Shown here one piece after another: positions 62,275 to 64,000 of a DNA stretch of 64,000 nt (positions within the stretch are counted from its first letter, which is position 1; the number at the start of each line of letters is the position of its first letter). Location: the NCBI GenBank assembly GCA_040954595.2, contig CM082582.2, positions 8,328,425 through 8,392,424 on the forward strand, given 5' to 3'. The notes under the pieces are model-generated. The model saw only the letters and a program-made list of their open reading frames with translations, ran no database searches and was not told where the DNA came from. The translations under genes and the position numbers were made by a program. The stretch comes from Balanoglossus misakiensis (taxonomy: Eukaryota > Animalia > Hemichordata).

Positions 62275-64000
62275 ACAAACAAAAATTAACTTTAAACATT
62301 TTAAAACGGATATGCCCATGAGATGAACACACTTTGTGCGTTTCAGATATTGCAAGATTCACATGCCAAAGCTTCAGCCACCCAGACAATTTATGTAACA
62401 GCGTGTTTTTAATAGAGGTGTTGAAGGTACATGTACACAACGATCTGAACGTGACAAAAAAATGATTGGGCTTGGGCAGAGGGTTCAGAACTGTGCACAG
62501 CGGTCTTTCATACAGGACAGTTTGAATAGATGTGACAGCCCGCCATTCAGGGGGATCCTCGCAATTGTTCACGGAAACCGAGGAAATGCGGTGCATCCGA
62601 TAATAGGTGTGGCTAGTTATAGACAGGCACTGACTGTTCAGCAACGGCCAATGTTGCGACATTAATTAACAACCAAGTTATAGTATCAGTACTAATAGTA
62701 ATATCACCGCCAATTATTGTAAGAACAGAAGTTTCATTTTGGTAGAAAAATCACAAAATTTTCTGTACGTGATAATAAAATCGATAGTGAAAACTTTCAC
62801 TGGTAGCGCGCGTGATGTGTTGACGATTTGTTGGCCAGCATTTGCAGCTGTTGGCATTTTTCTTACAAGTATCATTAGTTTTAGTCAGTGTATCGACGAA
62901 CTGTCCTGTTCTTGTCATGTTGAAATGTCAAGTATTTTTCAGCAGTCGCGTAGGCTCTGAGCGAACTGGAGCCCACATGCGACTCAAGAATTTTTTCACC
63001 ACCGTGACACCATATGGGGCACACGCAAACAGTGTTACTAAACCCGACAATTGCGCTGCAGTGTCGCAAATATATATAGGCAATGGTGACCAGCAAAATT
63101 GGTTGATAGCAGATATTGAGGGGTAACCCTCATCATCAAAATTGGTAGATGGCGGATTAAGGGGTAACCCATTTCATATTTTGGGTGGGGTTGGGGTGGG
63201 CGGGTTAGTAGAGGAAATAAACTTTTACCAAAGTGACGACAAATTTTGTTTTCCAAGCGTTACGTTCAGGCACGTCGGAAACGTACTCCGGATGAGGCAA
63301 TTCATTGCTGGCATTATGTTCTGCATATTTTCTCCGGTTGTTGAATCAGGCAGTTGGATATTGTCCAAAGTCCGCACAGGTATGGTATACCGATTACTGA
63401 AGTTATGAAAAGCGCCATCACCCGACGCACAAACTTGACAGCCGCCCAAAGTAACTATTATTACTACATGTACATATTAAATAACTGAAATAAACAGGAA
63501 GATACTGCAAAATTATAAAATATGCAAAAAGTTTGGAGCGTTGAATTTTGTTGTTACATGTAGTATACATCTCGAAGTAAAGTGAGCCCTGCGACTTTTT
63601 AAAATTACCGATGCTGGAAGTCCAATTTTCTGAAAAGTCTTCGACTGTTGAGGATCGGGCATTGATGCATCGACCGATCCGCACGGCTTGGCTTGGTCGA
63701 CCTCATATACTCGGAGGGTGGGTCCCCTGCCCGAAAAAAGCACGTCACGGTCTAGTTACCCGCGCCTTTGCGACCTCCCAGAAAGGGCAACAATGTAAGG
63801 CAGGAAGGAATAAAAATAATCTCCTAAACAGGCATATATTATTATTTTTTCCGGCATATAATTATATTGAAAGACAAGTAATGGTAGCCAAAAGCAACAC
63901 ATTATATAAGTTGAACGGTATTACTCATTTTAGTATTATATATAAAAAGTCTCTTCTTCCATTAATTCATTTATGCATCCGTTCGCCCACCCATCCATTA

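Noticed and set aside
61885-62662. Minus-strand ORFs of 156 and 186 aa
   Set aside because: Antisense to PPP1R3 and its 3' UTR, with no protein-like signal.

Overview
This is eukaryotic, intron-rich, AT-rich animal DNA. It looks like a marine invertebrate deuterostome, but that is an impression from repeat types and gene style, not a determination. Three protein-coding loci can be supported. (1) A minus-strand 2.1-kb coding exon (42015-39892) encodes six tandem copies of a C2-C2 putative zinc-binding module, resembling GSE1 long-isoform/Drosophila Plexus N-termini. It ends at a phase-0 GT donor, and I recognised no continuing coding exon in the remaining ~40 kb, so 1-39891 appears to be one giant intron. 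That intron holds a candidate alternative first exon with its own CCAAT/CpG promoter near 16.3-16.7 kb. (2) A complete 9-exon RMDN1 (FAM82B) gene lies on the minus strand (58390-54776, 320 aa), followed by a decayed tandem partial copy of its exons 5, 7 and 8 (54351-50415). (3) A single-coding-exon PPP1R3-family glycogen-targeting PP1 subunit lies on the plus strand (61354-62274), with RVxF and CBM21 motifs but a degenerate glycogen-binding motif. The rest is non-coding: small TTAA-flanked piggyBac-type MITEs, TA-flanked pogo/Tigger-type MITEs, microsatellites, local tandem duplications, a degenerate ~46-bp minisatellite, pre-miRNA-sized hairpins and a strongly over-represented TACATGTA palindrome. 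I found no CRISPR array, rRNA or intact tRNA.
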